A DNA stretch of 64,000 bases, from positions 163,229 through 227,228 of the forward strand of contig CDRNVI010000025.1 in NCBI GenBank assembly GCA_977017575.1. Reading direction: 5' to 3'. The translations under genes and the position numbers were made by a program. The stretch is from Paramoeba atlantica. Its lineage: Eukaryota > Protista > Discosea. This document shows positions 35,451 to 46,210 of the stretch, in pieces; within the stretch, counting starts at the first letter, position 1, and each line of letters starts with the position of its first letter. The notes under the pieces are model-generated. The model was not told the DNA's origin. It did not search any database and saw only the letters and a program-made list of their open reading frames with translations.

Positions 35451-36715
35451 TTTCCCATCTTACCCACTTCCCCTTACCAATCTTACCAGCTTTCCAGGGA
35501 GGGTAAGGTCTCCCTCTGCTAGGAGGGACAGACTTTCCCCTAACCATTCGCGCGTTCTAGAAACAATTTTTTTTGCAAATAATTGGGGGGAATAGTATTG
35601 AGTCTAACTTTTTATGTATGGAGTCCAACTTTTCCACAATTTTTTTTTTTTTTTTTTTACTTCTTTCCCTAACTTCCCCCCATTTTGAAAACGAGCAAAA
35701 TATAAAACTAGTAAATGCATGCTTTCCCATCTTACCCACTTCCCCTTACGAATCTTTCCAGCTTTCCAGGGAGGGTATTTTTTTAATAAGCCCCAGTTCC
35801 CTTCTCGGGAACCGGGGCCTTCAGGCGAACTTAGAGTTCGAAGCTTCTCATACAATTTTTTTTTTTGCTTCTCATTTTTTTTGCAATTAATAAGGGGGTG
35901 AAGTATGAATCGCGGCATTGCCTCTATATTTTGACCCAGTAGACGAACCAAGTAGGTCCATTGGGGGGGGTATACGAGTTAAAAACAAGCAATCAAATTA
36001 GCAATTCTTTTTGTTTCCACAGATGTACCTTTTGTTTTTTCTCAGCCCAAAACTAGCAATTTAATCTCCCCTAAGTATATACTACAAACAAGAAACAGTA
36101 AAAACTAAAACAAGCAATCCACGCCCAATCCATTCGCGCGTTCCGGACCGGGTCTTTCGACCTCTCCACGGCCTGACTTGTGAACCCTTCCCTTGCTATA
36201 TGGGAGGGCGCTTCTCATTTTTTTTTTTTTTTTTTTTTTTTGCAATTAATAAGGGGGGAGAAGTATGAATCGCGGCATTGCCTCTATATTTTGACCCAGT
36301 AGACGAACCAAGTAGGTCCATTGGGGGGGGTATACGAGTTAGAGCCCTGCGGCTGTTAAATGATTGGGGGGGGTTGTTTAAGCCCCAGCTCCCTTCTCGG
36401 GAACCGGGGCCTAACTTCTTCCTGCTTTTTTTCTTTGTCTTTTGACCCAGTAGACGAACCAAGTAGGTCCATTGGGGGGGGGGTATACGAGTTGAAAACA
36501 AGCAATCAAATTAGCAATTTGAAAATTTGGCTTTTTTTTTTTTTTTTACTAAAAACTAGTAAACAATTCTACCCTAATCAAATCACTCCCGCACCAAAAC
36601 TAAGACCCGTGACGGCACGTCGGTTAGTGACTTGGTACCCCCCCTTGCCCCCCCCCCTTTCGCAGAGAAACACCCTCCCCCCCCTGCGGCTGTTAAATGA
36701 TTGGGGGGGACCGAA
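35450..36715 (-). repeat. Patchwork of C-family 3'UTR fragments with several poly(T) tracts
   Basis: TAATAAGGGG..AAGTATGAA.CGCGGCATTGCCTCTATATT blocks at about 35887, 36247 and 26574; partial structured module at 36130-36210. Confidence 0.75.
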
Positions 36716-39700
36716 TTACTCATCGTTCCCATATCCAAGGAGGGCCGTGTCAGGGACCGCCGCGGGAAGTCGGAGTACCAGCATCCGAGCCTGTATCCGC
36801 ATCAGAGTGATGTTAAGTGACGTCACCAATTGGTGTAAGGCTTCCCCGTTCGAAAGGGTACCCCCGGAGTATGCCGCACGAGAGACGGAAACCTCCTTGA
36901 GGATCGCAAAGGCGCTTCGACTCCACGCTCCATAAGATTCCACGACCATCGCTCCAAATCGATGGCGTGCAAACTCTGCTTCCTCTCTTTGCTTCTTTTT
37001 GTTTTCGGTGGCGTATCGTTCCGCAAAAGACCCCGCCGTCACCCAGTTAGCATCACGGACTAAGTCCGTATACTTTGGTTGCTGAACATGAGTGACGGCG
37101 AAGTCTAATACAAGAGACTGGCCTAGCCCGATTGTAGGGATGAACACGTCTCCGGGCCTGGTGAGGGCGCCCCCAGGACCCTTGTTGCCCAGACTCACTT
37201 CTCTCCGCGGGGTGAAACCGGCCTTTTTACATTCAGAAGTAAACTGTGCCGCTAGTGCGTTGTGGCGTGCGATTATACCATGTCCGCTTTTGCACCCCAG
37301 AGCGTGGTCACCCTCGGGATCTAGCGGTAGCGTGCATTTTTCCATAGGACAAGGCCGGGACGCAGGATAGATTGGGTCCCCTAGCCACCAGCGTGTGAGG
37401 GTGCGAAACTCCGTCGGTGTGAAAGCCAGACCGGTTTTCTTGGAGGGGATCACAAAAGCCCATTCTGAGGCTCCTTCTCCTGTTTCTGATATCCATCTGG
37501 CCCGTGTGCGAAGGTCGGCTTTCGCAAATGCCTCGTGAAATTCCTGGTTGGCGATGGCGTGGCTAAGGTCGCGTTGTCGGGGAATCACCAGTTCTGTTCC
37601 GGATTCCTGCGCGTCGGTATACGGAGAATCAGTCGCCAAAGCCATACTTTTCGGAATTTTGCCGCCTTGTTGGACCACCGTCTTTCCGGCACGCCTGTTC
37701 ACCTCCCGCACGGCATGGTCAAAGCCCTCAGCGTCCGCTGGGTCCCAACGGTCTTTGTCCGTTGAGAAAGCTACGGAGGCAACGTAAGCCGCACTCGAAT
37801 GTTCCCCCGCCGACCGAAGGCCCAACCCCCCGTACCGCTTTTCGCGTTGCGCCTGGCGTCGCGCCCCATCACTCAAAGGACGGAAGAAGTGTTCAATAGT
37901 GCGCTGGACGGCATCATCTAAGCGTTGGCAGATATCTTGAAGTTCCGTTGTCGGGGTAGTCCTGAGCGAGTAAACCATTTTACAGAAACCAGTACAGTGG
38001 CGTATGAGGGAAAGGGCCACCTGGGGATCTCCAAGTGTAGCTATGGCCTCGAGAGATTCCTCTGCCATGTCGATTGTGTTCTTGAGAAAGAATTCGCGGC
38101 AAAATTCTGTCGAACCAATTGGACTCCCCAAAATATGAAAATTTCCTGCCGAATTCGTGTTCAGGCCGGGGATGTCAGGGAAAAGTGAGCAACGATGGGA
38201 GGAAGCTGGGTGTGTTGCGATCTCGCACTTGGCCACGTTGATATGCAATCCCCATTTCGGGCCGGACATCGCGATCATGTCTAGTGCGTGCCGAACGTCG
38301 CAGGATGGACCGGCGAGTATCCCGTCGTCCAAGTACCACAGGTTTGATGATGATGATGTATTGGGCCTTTTGACTCCGAAGAGTTATGGCCCCTCAACTC
38401 CCCAAACGGGCAGTCCGAATACGTCTTGCGACGTATCCGGAGAGCCAGCCATAGCAAGCTACGGCTGACCTCCGCTTGGAGAGGAGTTAGGTTACAGCTA
38501 GGGAGGTGGGGTGCGCTATACCCCTGCGTCTTAGGTAATGCAAATAAGGCGCCCCTTGACCACAGGTTTAAAGCGAGTTTCGGAGCGGCAGTGTGGATTT
38601 GTAGGGAAACTTCTTTCATCACAAGCGAAAAGAGCAGAGGGCCCAGGGGGTCGCCTTGTTGCACCCCTTCAGATGATTCGATAAAGCGTGAGCCAAAGGT
38701 CAGAATGCTTTGAGTGTTGTAACACCACTCCACGTACGCACCCAGCTCAGGGAAATGCTGGCGTGTTAGGGCCACAAAGAAATCCCGTGAGACGTTATTG
38801 AAAGCGTTTTTGAGGTCGACTTTGCATAGCAGGAAGTCGTCATCCTCAATATGTTCGGCGAAGGTCTTCCGACAGAGGTGGATGATGCGCTCGGCTCCAG
38901 CAGGTGTGGCTACGCCGTACTGGTGCCCTCTGAAGAGTTTTCGGGCCTTGAATTTTGCGGAGAGGCAGGCAACTTTGCTTGCCAAGCGGCGAAGGGTTTC
39001 TCCGGCAGCAATTGGACGAACATCGTGTTCACCCTTTTTCAGGGCGCATAACCGACCACCCGCAAAATAATCTTTGACTTCCAACGGTGCTTTTCCTGCG
39101 AGCAAGTGATTGGTAAACTTCGTAAGCGTGCCCAGAGGATCGGTGTACGCGTCGTGATGGTACTGCATCGCGGCCTGAACGTGCTCCGGCCGCATACCGA
39201 AGGCCCCTCCCGAGGACCCTCGGTGGAAAGTCGCTAGGGCCTCGGCTACTTCGTCTTCCGTTGCTTCAAGCGGTTTTGCTTCCGGCGCTGAAGGGCTTGC
39301 CACGTTGAAAGTGCTGTCAAGTCTCTGAGGATGCTTTGCCTGGAGCTTCGAGTAGGTGGCGTCGTCGTCAGGGGCAAGTGGTTCCGAAGTTAATGCTGTC
39401 ATGGCGCGGGAGAGCTCCGCGTCGCGGACAAGCCGTTCTGCCCGTAAAGCCGCTTTCTTTACTTCTTCGTCAATGGTAAGCGCTTGTGGTACATTTTTCT
39501 TTTTGCGTGATACACTCGAGACAGCTTCTTTCCAAAGCGCCAGGAAATCTTTGTTGGACCATCTCGCGAGGCACTTCTTTACATGGGAGGCGTAAGAGAC
39601 TTTTGCGCGGTTACCTCCGCGATGAGGGGCGGGTAGGACGCATTTGGGCAGCATGGCGAGGAGTGTCCATGCCTCGAGCGTGTTCTCTCTCGCTGCTGTG

Positions 39701-40983
39701 GATAAGCAACCGCAGAGTGTTTTAGCCCATTCTTGTCGGCAACTGTTGGGGATGTCCTTGCAAGTGTTAATAAGTAGCGCACTGATAGAGGATAAACTCG
39801 GAAGGGGTGTGTCGGAGACTTTCACGTTTTCGCTTACTACGCTTTGATGAGAGGGTGTGGAAGGTGAGTTAAGGGCAGGAAGAGCATTCGAGTCCACATT
39901 GGGGCTTAGAACAGGATCGGCACTGCTCGTCGAGGGCGACGGACGGCTTTGAGGAGAGGAATGGCGGAACATGCAGATCTTGTCATGGGTTTCCCGTTTG
40001 CCTTGATCATAATGTTTATTGCAATCATGACACCTAAAACGTCCTTCGTCTTTCCACCACTCGTCTGGGACCTCATCACTGTGTCTGTTTGCTACGTGGT
40101 TGTGGAATGCCTGCCATTGGCCCCCGTGGGGCCCTGTTTTCCAAGTACATCCCTCGAAGGGACATTTTCGCGTATTTTCATGCGTGGTGTGTGTTTTTTC
40201 TATCGCACAGTTTTGGGTTGGGGTCGGTTCGGGGGCATTGTTCATTGTTTCGGCTTTGGGGGCGTCAGGGGAGGTAGTTTTCGACACCTGCTGGGGACGT
40301 TTACGTTTGCCTACAGCCGTTTTCGGGGTTAACTTCTTCAGGGGTGATTCAGCCGGAGAGCTGTGAACACTTGTTGACGCATCTGTGGAGTCACGGTCAT
40401 CACTGTCGCCCCCAGACTCGGTGCATAACTGGGTATGTAGCTGGGAAAGTGAGATCCCTTTAGGACGCTTTTTCTTTTTCCTTACTTTGGTTCCACCGCT
40501 CAACGAAAAGTCGAGGTCTTGAGGCGTCAGGTCGGGGAAAATTAATTTGTCGTCGTCATAATTGTATTCGGTACGAGCTATCCCCCGGTTGTGGCGCTCG
40601 CATTTCTCCTTCACAGCCTTGTATGTAGATTTCGATTGGCTGAGTGAAGAAGGAGCGGCCCCTTCGAACTGGAAAACGGAATTCTCGGTGGGACGGACGC
40701 TGGAAAATAATTCTTCTTCCGAGCTCGTTTGCTGACGCCCTGTGTCTGGTGTCACGCCTTCGATGGAGTTCGTAATGCTGAGGGCAATGTCTTCGGCCCG
40801 TTGTTCTAATTCTGATGAAGGATCCGGCGGAAGTGGTGTCGTGTACAGCTCTTCCTTGTATGTGCTAGCGCCTTTAACCAGGTCTTTGTTTGCCTGAAAC
40901 TGGTCCCATGAACCGAGCTTGTGCGCGCCCGCTTCGCGATCAAAGTTGGATTCCTGTTTTGCTTTAGAGCGAGTTAGAACCAT
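36716..40983 (-). pseudogene. C-family CRE-like full-length ORF (1347 aa reconstructed), disrupted by a SINE in the RT active-site motif
   Basis: Removing 38346-38569 restores KLALNLW|YLDDG in frame. LsmAD-like N-terminus, two Zn fingers, RT, CCHC, RLE; SL upstream. Confidence 0.93.
38346..38558 (-). mobile_element. 5'-truncated 213-bp copy of the structured SINE; 11-bp TSD
   Basis: ACCACAGGTTT at 38335-38345 and 38559-38569; reverse complement of 27543-27753 with few substitutions. Confidence 0.92.
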
Positions 40984-41012
40984 GGAACGTGAGAAAGATT
41001 AAGAAAATAAAT

Positions 41013-41048
41013 CAACAAGGTACAGAAACTGTATCTTTATCGTTAAAG
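41013..41048 (-). other. Spliced-leader-like sequence, 36 nt
   Basis: Identical to 10497-10532; 29 nt upstream of ATG 40983. Confidence 0.85.
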
Positions 41049-41600
41049 CTGCTTTTTTTTTTTTTTTTTTTAAAATATCTTTTTTTCCACCTCAAACGTT
41101 CAAGACTGAAAAATTCTTTCTTCTAAAATATATTCTATTTTTTTTTTTTTTTTCTGAGCCTTCTCCCAAAGATCGTTCGTATTGCTGGTAGGAGATTCAT
41201 GGCCACAGCATCCAGGGCATATAACATCGGCCGGTGCGTTATGTAATCCGATGCCCAAACGCATCATCAAAGTGTATCGGAAGAGGTACGGGTTTACATA
41301 ATTGCTGGTGCTTTCTAAATGCATGTTTGATTCCTTTGTACGCTTCAATAAAAGTCCCATGTGAGAATTTTTTTTTTTTTTTATCTTTGGAATGGTCGAA
41401 GTGTCGCCAATCCGTAAACTGCTCTGGCCAGGTCATTTCTTGATGGGGCGTTGAACGCGTTCTTGACGTCGATTGACATGATACATGAACCTTCCTTGTA
41501 TTTTTTTTTTTTTTTTTTTTTGCAATACTGACGAGCTTGCGCTCTTTTTTTAAAGTCTCCTAAATTTCTTATCGTAAACTTATATACTTTTTTTTTTTTT
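41049..41600 (-). mobile_element. Chain of four short retroelement fragments separated by five poly(T) tracts
   Basis: Includes an internal RT piece (SIDVKNAFNAPSRNDLARAVYGLATLRPFQR, about 41385-41500) and a pre-RLE piece (41155-41360). Confidence 0.8.
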
Positions 41601-41698
41601 ACTTTCTCAAGTTTACATAAACTTTTAGTACTGATTTTTGTCTATCTCTTCGCAGACTTTATAATTCCAATTTGTATCTTTTCTGTACTTTTGATTTC

Positions 41699-44600
41699 TT
41701 AAAGAATAGTGCTTTTCTGATAGTCTTGAGGCTCCAAAAAATGTCGGAGCTGTGCGTATACTTCGGATCCGTTCAGCTCTTGGAGTAGCAACTTGAATGC
41801 CTGTTCGGTTTTTTGGGTATCCAACAGGCAGACATCCGTCAGTGATTTAATTAGGCCCCGTGTGCTCTTATGTAAAGACCCGCAGGACAAGACAGGAAGG
41901 CACTCAAAAGCTTCCGCCGGAATCATGCCACTATTGACATATGTTTCATTTTTCCGCTGTATAGCTTCTCGCACGAGTTGGGAACACTTTTTATTCCGAT
42001 GGGAAGGCGCGAGCTCGTGCACCACAGTTAGGTCGTAGAACACCACGCCACTGTTCCAGTAGATCGCAAGATCCGGGCCTGAGCGATGAAACTGCCGTCC
42101 TCCGCATGTTTTGTGGTGGAGATGCTGATTGTTGTAGTCGACTGTATTTCCGCATGTTAGACAACTCCACGTGCTAAAAGAACGCGGCTCTCTTTCGCAT
42201 GGAATACCAGCTTTCATGCAAAGATCATATAGAAACTTGGTCAACATGTTGTGCTTCGCTGTGGCGTTGAAACCTGTACATTGCACGCATCCGGGGATGT
42301 GAGTTAGTGCAGTGTTTGCATCCATCAATGTTCGGCATCCAGGGCAAGTCATAGCATCAGGAAGTCTCGGGTGATGTACTCCAAGACGGGGCATGACTGC
42401 TAGCTCGAATAAGTGCGGTGGTACATATCTTACATTGGACAGTAGCCAGTCATAACTCCCCTTATTGGAGGTTGCTTTTAACGTCCCGGCCATTTGTGGA
42501 TCGCTTACGAGTTTGTTCCATGCTTCCTCATGAAGTTTCGCTGCAGCGGTAATTTCGTCAGTAGGTGGTTTTTGACGAGCGAGTTCTTGTTCATTTGCTG
42601 TCCCAGCGTGTTCAGTGCTATGAAACTGTGACGGCACAACTCGAGCTGAAAAAGATTTTATATGCTCAAAAGCTGTGTGTCGGGAAGCTTCATAAGCTGC
42701 CGCGCGCGTTGGGTGACACGCCGTGAGACCAAGTCCTCCTTTCTTCAGGGGTAACCTTGCTATGTCAATTTGTCTAGTCTGCAATGGGCCCATCCATGTT
42801 TGAAGTACGTTCTCGATTTCGCTATCAAAACGTTTACATGTTTGATCCGTGGCCTTGGGGTTGTGTGTCCTCATGTAGTACTGTTGACGAACGTTCACAC
42901 TTTTTGTCAAAAGGATGAGGGATACGTTACTCATGCCCATTAGCTTTAGCCTGCGGAATATTACTTCTTGTTTGCCGATCTTTTGGAGCAATTTTTGACT
43001 GATGGCGTCGTCTTCTCCAATAAAAGCCCCCAGTACTTTAGTGGCCTGGCTCTCGGTTTGTACTCCTTCGGCTTGAAGAGCTTCTGGAATGGACTTGCCG
43101 AGGATGCCACCAAACCAAACACATTTATGCGCCGATAGTGCAAGATTGCTAGATGCGACAAGTGCCTTCAGCCTTTTAAAAGCGTTCGTGAGCTGATTCG
43201 GATCTTCGGATGTCAAATTGATATCGTCGATGTACGCATGTATGTTGATGCCAGGAAATTCTTCTGCAAGGGTTTCCAATACAGGTTGTAGGTATGTGCA
43301 GAAATACAGCGTGGATAGTGGCGATCCCTGTTTTACTCCTGAGGAACTTGATACTGTGTCGACCAATTTACCTTCGCTGCCGTAGAAGAGAAGCTGAGAT
43401 TGCTCGGAATATTCAGCCGCAAAATACCTTTGGAAGGGTCGGAGCGTTGCGATACCGAAAACATGCTTTGCGACGTCATTCCTGGAGGGGGTGTTGAACG
43501 CATTTTTCAAGTCTACGGATAGGATGGAGTGGCCTGTCAAATATTTTTCGTGAAGGGTGTGTACTATCCTCTCGCAGCCCGCTTTTGACATTATCCCCTG
43601 CTGCATTGGCGCAAAAAGTGGCTCCAGGGTATTTTCATAGCGTTGAAAAAGAATGATTCCCGCTAACTTTCCAAAAACGTCTCCCATAGCAACTGGCCGA
43701 ACGCCTCCATCTGGTTTCGGGATAGCGATCAACCTCGCTCTGTTTAGCCGCCGTAAAACTTGTCGCGAAAGAAAACCGTTCAGTAGATCGGCCATCATGT
43801 GACAAAGGCTCGTGCAGCACACTTCATCGTCCAGCAGAAGTCGTAGCACGTTGTCAGTCGTTCCCGTTGGGCCTGGGCTGACTCCCTTCGCTAGCCTTCG
43901 ACCTGCTGCACGCAGCTCCTCTGGAGAGACCCCGGCGATGATTGGCGCGTCATCTGGCAGTTTGAAGTCACATGTTTGTGCAGGGTGAAGCATTCGCAAT
44001 TTTTCCAGCGTTTCGGCGTCGGACAGCTTGTTGCGGGTGAAGATCTGACCCATGACCTTGGCCGCTTTAGTGGAGCACCCCTCAAGCACGAGTCTTGTCG
44101 CTTTCTTTACTGCTCGCACGTCATCGGCAGTTGTCTTTGCCTCTTCTGATGAGCCGTCCTGCGGGCTCGTGTGCTCCTTGTGTGGTTTCCGCCGTCGTTG
44201 TCGTCCGCTAGAGCTTCGAATTGTTGCCAGAGAGACTTTCATAGCTGAAAGTGTTTGATTCCAGATTTTGTGGCGCCCAGCGTAGTCGCTTTTTTCATAG
44301 GCGAACATAATATCCCGGTACACCGCAACTACGCACGGCACAAACTCAGGGGAGAAGCTGCGCGCCGTTGGCACTGGTAGGTGGTCTACGTCTTCGTCAG
44401 GAGCTGTTTGTTGGGTGCTTCCCACCGGCGGTGTGTATTCAAGCACTTCCGGTGTCGTAAAATCTATCGGAGGAGGGGCGCAGTGCCACAGAATTTGAAA
44501 GACACGAACGTTTTCTTGTGGTGGGATACATCCATCAAAATTCTCTCCTGCCTTATGTCCAACGACTCCTGTATATTGAATAGTAAGTTTACCTTTGGAT

Positions 44601-46147
44601 GCCCGTTTGTACGTTTTTACCACTTTTCCTAGCGAAATGTTGAGTGTCGTTTGTCGGTCCCACGTCCATGCTACTGTGCAGGTCGTTCCGTTTTTTATGG
44701 TTTTCGAGCGCGACCAGATTTCTTCCGAAGACAGGGGAAATTGAGAAATTGGTTTCGCCGACTGCATCAGCTCCAGGGCTCGTTTCTCCACTTCATCTTC
44801 GCTATGGCCTACGAATATTATGGCACTGTTCTGATTTTTTTTGGATTCGATTGTAGTGTTGCGTGCTTCGTGCGTAACAGCATCCCCCGTTTCTTCATCG
44901 TCCATTGCCGCAGCTCGTGTGTTGGGTGACCTGCACTTTTGGGATAGCTCCGGAGATGGCGATATGCAGTCGTGGAAGTTGTGTGTTACGGGTGTTTCCG
45001 GTGAGACTTGCAACACTGTTGGTGAAACTTGAACTGCTTTTGTCGAATCCATTGAACGGGTTTCTGGAGTACCTGGGCTTGTTGTTTCCCGTGCGGGTGG
45101 GCGATTTATAATCATGGAATCAACGTTATTCGATCTACTAAGCTCGTCTACGACCTCCGTAGACTTTGAATTTGAAGCATCGTGGATCATTTGCAAGCCT
45201 TTCCACACAGTTTTTCCGACTATGCAGGCAACTTTTCCTACCGATCCGAGACTAGATTCTTGTGTTTCCGAAAAAAACACATCGGATTCTTGTGTTTCCG
45301 ATGTGCTTTTTTGATTCAAGTGTGTTTTTTTTTTCACGTGTGGTGCGATTCCTGCTGGCGTGTCCGTTGGTGCATCCAGTGCGTGATGGCGTGTGTTTGC
45401 GGGGTATCGCGTCGTCTGCAACGAGTCATCCTGGATTGTTTGGGCTCTATTGGCGCTGATCTTTGAAAAAGAAATGTTGTTCGCTGTTTGAATTTTTGCC
45501 TCTTTGGCAGGCGTCTTCTTACCCATTATAACTTTTAGCCGGGGGCGTCGTACAAATGATTCAATTGCGTCGGATAAATCCTTTGCTTTGGGAGATTCTT
45601 CATTGATTTGCTTTTGCGCGGATGAGACATCTTCGGATGATTTACACTGACGGAACTTGAGTTGATCATTGTTGACGGACAAGTTCTCGCGCCCCTCAGA
45701 AGTTTTTTTTGCAATCGCTTCGATCGAATCCGGCGATATCTTTGGATATTCTGCGGGGATTGATTCCGGTTGTTGATTAGGTCGCTGCTGACGTACTTTC
45801 TTCGCTCGCGCTCTCCGTGAAAGGGTGTGCATTGTGGGCTGTCCCTCCGCTTCTTCGGTTTGTTGCTCCCACTGCGGTGGCGATTGAGGCTGCGGCAGAG
45901 GCGTGGGCGCTGACAACGGCGGGTTGGAGGGGACGGAAGATGGCGGAGCAGAGGGAACAGACGACGGCGGAGGCAAGGGCGGAGGCAGATACTGGAAATT
46001 CGGTGTCGAGGAAGACGGTAGTGGCGAGGACGGCGATGTCGGAGGCCGCTCATCAGGAGGTTTTTTCTTTCGACGGGTCGGTGGCAGCGGTTGGATCACA
46101 GGAGCTACTCCAGTGTCCTTCGCCCGGCTGCGTGTGAACATACCCAT
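41699..46147 (-). CDS. S-family CRE/SLACS-like RT-RLE polyprotein (about 1482 aa from MGMFTRS), apparently intact
   Basis: GVSPGPTG, VRPVAMG, VDLKNAFN, GVKQGSPLS, YIDD, CCHC, EPR..GPDLAIYW..YDLT; 3'UTR and poly(T) at 41587-41600. Confidence 0.92.
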   Translation of the reverse strand: MGMFTRSRAKDTGVAPVIQPLPPTRRKKKPPDERPPTSPSSPLPSSSTPNFQYLPPPLPPPSSVPSAPPSSVPSNPPLSAPTPLPQPQSPPQWEQQTEEAEGQPTMHTLSRRARAKKVRQQRPNQQPESIPAEYPKISPDSIEAIAKKTSEGRENLSVNNDQLKFRQCKSSEDVSSAQKQINEESPKAKDLSDAIESFVRRPRLKVIMGKKTPAKEAKIQTANNISFSKISANRAQTIQDDSLQTTRYPANTRHHALDAPTDTPAGIAPHVKKKTHLNQKSTSETQESDVFFSETQESSLGSVGKVACIVGKTVWKGLQMIHDASNSKSTEVVDELSRSNNVDSMIINRPPARETTSPGTPETRSMDSTKAVQVSPTVLQVSPETPVTHNFHDCISPSPELSQKCRSPNTRAAAMDDEETGDAVTHEARNTTIESKKNQNSAIIFVGHSEDEVEKRALELMQSAKPISQFPLSSEEIWSRSKTIKNGTTCTVAWTWDRQTTLNISLGKVVKTYKRASKGKLTIQYTGVVGHKAGENFDGCIPPQENVRVFQILWHCAPPPIDFTTPEVLEYTPPVGSTQQTAPDEDVDHLPVPTARSFSPEFVPCVVAVYRDIMFAYEKSDYAGRHKIWNQTLSAMKVSLATIRSSSGRQRRRKPHKEHTSPQDGSSEEAKTTADDVRAVKKATRLVLEGCSTKAAKVMGQIFTRNKLSDAETLEKLRMLHPAQTCDFKLPDDAPIIAGVSPEELRAAGRRLAKGVSPGPTGTTDNVLRLLLDDEVCCTSLCHMMADLLNGFLSRQVLRRLNRARLIAIPKPDGGVRPVAMGDVFGKLAGIILFQRYENTLEPLFAPMQQGIMSKAGCERIVHTLHEKYLTGHSILSVDLKNAFNTPSRNDVAKHVFGIATLRPFQRYFAAEYSEQSQLLFYGSEGKLVDTVSSSSGVKQGSPLSTLYFCTYLQPVLETLAEEFPGINIHAYIDDINLTSEDPNQLTNAFKRLKALVASSNLALSAHKCVWFGGILGKSIPEALQAEGVQTESQATKVLGAFIGEDDAISQKLLQKIGKQEVIFRRLKLMGMSNVSLILLTKSVNVRQQYYMRTHNPKATDQTCKRFDSEIENVLQTWMGPLQTRQIDIARLPLKKGGLGLTACHPTRAAAYEASRHTAFEHIKSFSARVVPSQFHSTEHAGTANEQELARQKPPTDEITAAAKLHEEAWNKLVSDPQMAGTLKATSNKGSYDWLLSNVRYVPPHLFELAVMPRLGVHHPRLPDAMTCPGCRTLMDANTALTHIPGCVQCTGFNATAKHNMLTKFLYDLCMKAGIPCEREPRSFSTWSCLTCGNTVDYNNQHLHHKTCGGRQFHRSGPDLAIYWNSGVVFYDLTVVHELAPSHRNKKCSQLVREAIQRKNETYVNSGMIPAEAFECLPVLSCGSLHKSTRGLIKSLTDVCLLDTQKTEQAFKLLLQELNGSEVYAQLRHFLEPQDYQKSTIL

Positions 46148-46210
46148 AACGGGAAGAGTAAGAATACAAAACAACAAGCAACAACTGTGAGAAATAAGCA
46201 GCAACTGTGA

